Source: Pseudomonadota bacterium (lineage in GTDB: Bacteria; Planctomycetota; UBA8108; UBA1146). Taken from it: a stretch of DNA of 47,598 bases. The translations under genes were made by a program, and so were the position numbers. The notes under the pieces are model-generated. The model was given only the letters and a program-made list of their open reading frames with translations, did not search any database and was not told where the DNA came from. The stretch is taken from assembly GCA_017859655.1 (NCBI GenBank), contig JAFMMO010000003.1, forward strand, positions 1 through 47,598. Reading direction: 5' to 3'. Shown piece after piece: positions 47,501 through 47,598 of this stretch (position 1 is the first letter of the stretch; each line of letters starts with the position of its first letter).

Positions 47501-47598
47501 CCTACGAGTACCTGGACGGTCGGACACGGCGGCGGCAGGAGGTCGTCGACCGCTTCCAGGAGGACGGTCAGGGCGTCGCGTTCCTGATCTCCCTCAAG
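44563..47598 (+). CDS. SWIM zinc finger + SNF2-family helicase (3'-truncated by the window)
   Basis: Frame +1 from TTG 44563: CTC..ECAH (SWIM), ELRPYQREAL, LADDMGLGKT, ILDEAQAIKN, LSGTPIENHLGELWSLF, LRRTK, LLRLRQ, LVFSQF, FLISLK at the window end. Confidence 0.9.
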   Translation, partial: MSDTTLTVSDEEFSPGNRRRGDALHRQGRVSIEKRSDSQLCARVRATPHAEVVLTLDGATITSQDCTCSDAESNGECAHIWATIREANRGADAGWRGNLAPRRGPIPIPGATTRSSLSSPREEPDWKTYLERLQRLVGLDRGPRWPRSVTGETQLLFWLSCARLDRTYGDPAVAVIERRRTRTGWGEPRPFQLNERSLEQVLGGLDLQLLELLLPFTGSSTPWAARARAFSQAPITLPGRAGAEVLGMLARSGRLLPRERIPEEFPPIGIDPDPWRFSFRIVDAKGKRGKHTLAASFHRQSSGEQRATLEEATLVTPAGWVLVRGQLSPYENPEDGAWIRALSMSPPEIPSADVAAFCEGILAENPGAPFEPPEGVALAIERRTPRPHLVIRRTSGPRRGTSTLTASLTFEYGGSAVLSPDDEAESVRDGDRIVPRDMELERSLVQELLSLGPRRSTQSESFSELTIPAGRLPSVIETLLSREWRVTSEGKIHRPASEFDVKIRSGIDWLDLSGSVDFEGHSVPFPRLLAAVQGGSRTIELDDGSFGILSGEWLRRSGMLAEFGEVENGEVRFRPSQAWVLDTLLEGVPNVDVDAEFARLRERLRAFEGVEPREEPASFTGELRPYQREALGWLDFLREYSLGGCLADDMGLGKTVQVIAHLERLRSEGRLEKPVLVVAPRSVVEHWKRESHRFAPELSVIDVSGPDRDELRAGISKANLVLITYGILRMDIRHLREVQFDTVILDEAQAIKNARSQTAKAARLIRADHRLALSGTPIENHLGELWSLFEFLQPGMLGRASRFGRLTQAGLDEPASDDDDELESDGEESVAPDGRRRHSGIELLARAVRPFILRRTKGQVATDLPERTELTIRCDLEPEQRTLYEELAEHYRASLLPAVQDGAIGSMKMQVIQALLRLRQAACHPGLIDPALKSGTSGKLETIVERIEELREEGHRCLVFSQFTTFLGIVRERLDAKKIPYEYLDGRTRRRQEVVDRFQEDGQGVAFLISLK

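Noticed and set aside
4816-47598. Lhr, AlkA and SNF2 as a DNA-repair or antiphage defence island
   Set aside because: They are dispersed among housekeeping genes, with no nuclease, DNA methylase, integrase or compositional boundary seen.
1-47598. CRISPR arrays, tRNA/rRNA genes, IS elements, prophage
   Set aside because: No repeat-spacer array, cloverleaf, transposase, integrase or phage structural motif was recognised by eye.

Overview
Very GC-rich bacterial chromosomal segment, probably Planctomycetota. That is an inference from an FG-GAP protein with a C-terminal 'FRRGDA..DG.IDITD' dockerin-like domain, an RRM-type RNA-binding protein and a VKOR-thioredoxin fusion. About 31 genes are supported. 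A run of about 29 kb on the minus strand carries, in order: PrsW protease, rhomboid/derlin-like protein, OPT transporter, DinB, VKOR-DsbA, TolC/MFP/ABC exporter, Bd3614-type deaminase, FG-GAP/dockerin protein, glnE, PhoB/PhoR-like pair, Lhr helicase, SDR, clpS and a GH95 fucosidase. It is followed by VIT1, a DUF4932-like HExxH protein, RlmI-type methyltransferase, HAD phosphatase, SEC-C protein, cardiolipin synthase, RRM protein, S9 peptidase, PLP aminotransferase, an unknown secreted protein, AlkA-type glycosylase and a SWIM-SNF2 helicase cut off by the window end. I saw no tRNA, rRNA, CRISPR array, transposase or integrase. Best leads: (1) a translationally coupled PrsW + derlin-like + OPT + DinB operon; (2) an orphan Bd3614-type deaminase directly behind a MacAB-TolC-like exporter; (3) a ~165-nt rod-like, 6S-like RNA candidate; (4) a clpS whose SD-linked start codon is out of frame; (5) two long, highly structured 5' leaders; (6) an 11-bp-period Pho-box-like promoter before a kinase without TM helices. 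All family calls come from motif recognition by eye, with no database searches.
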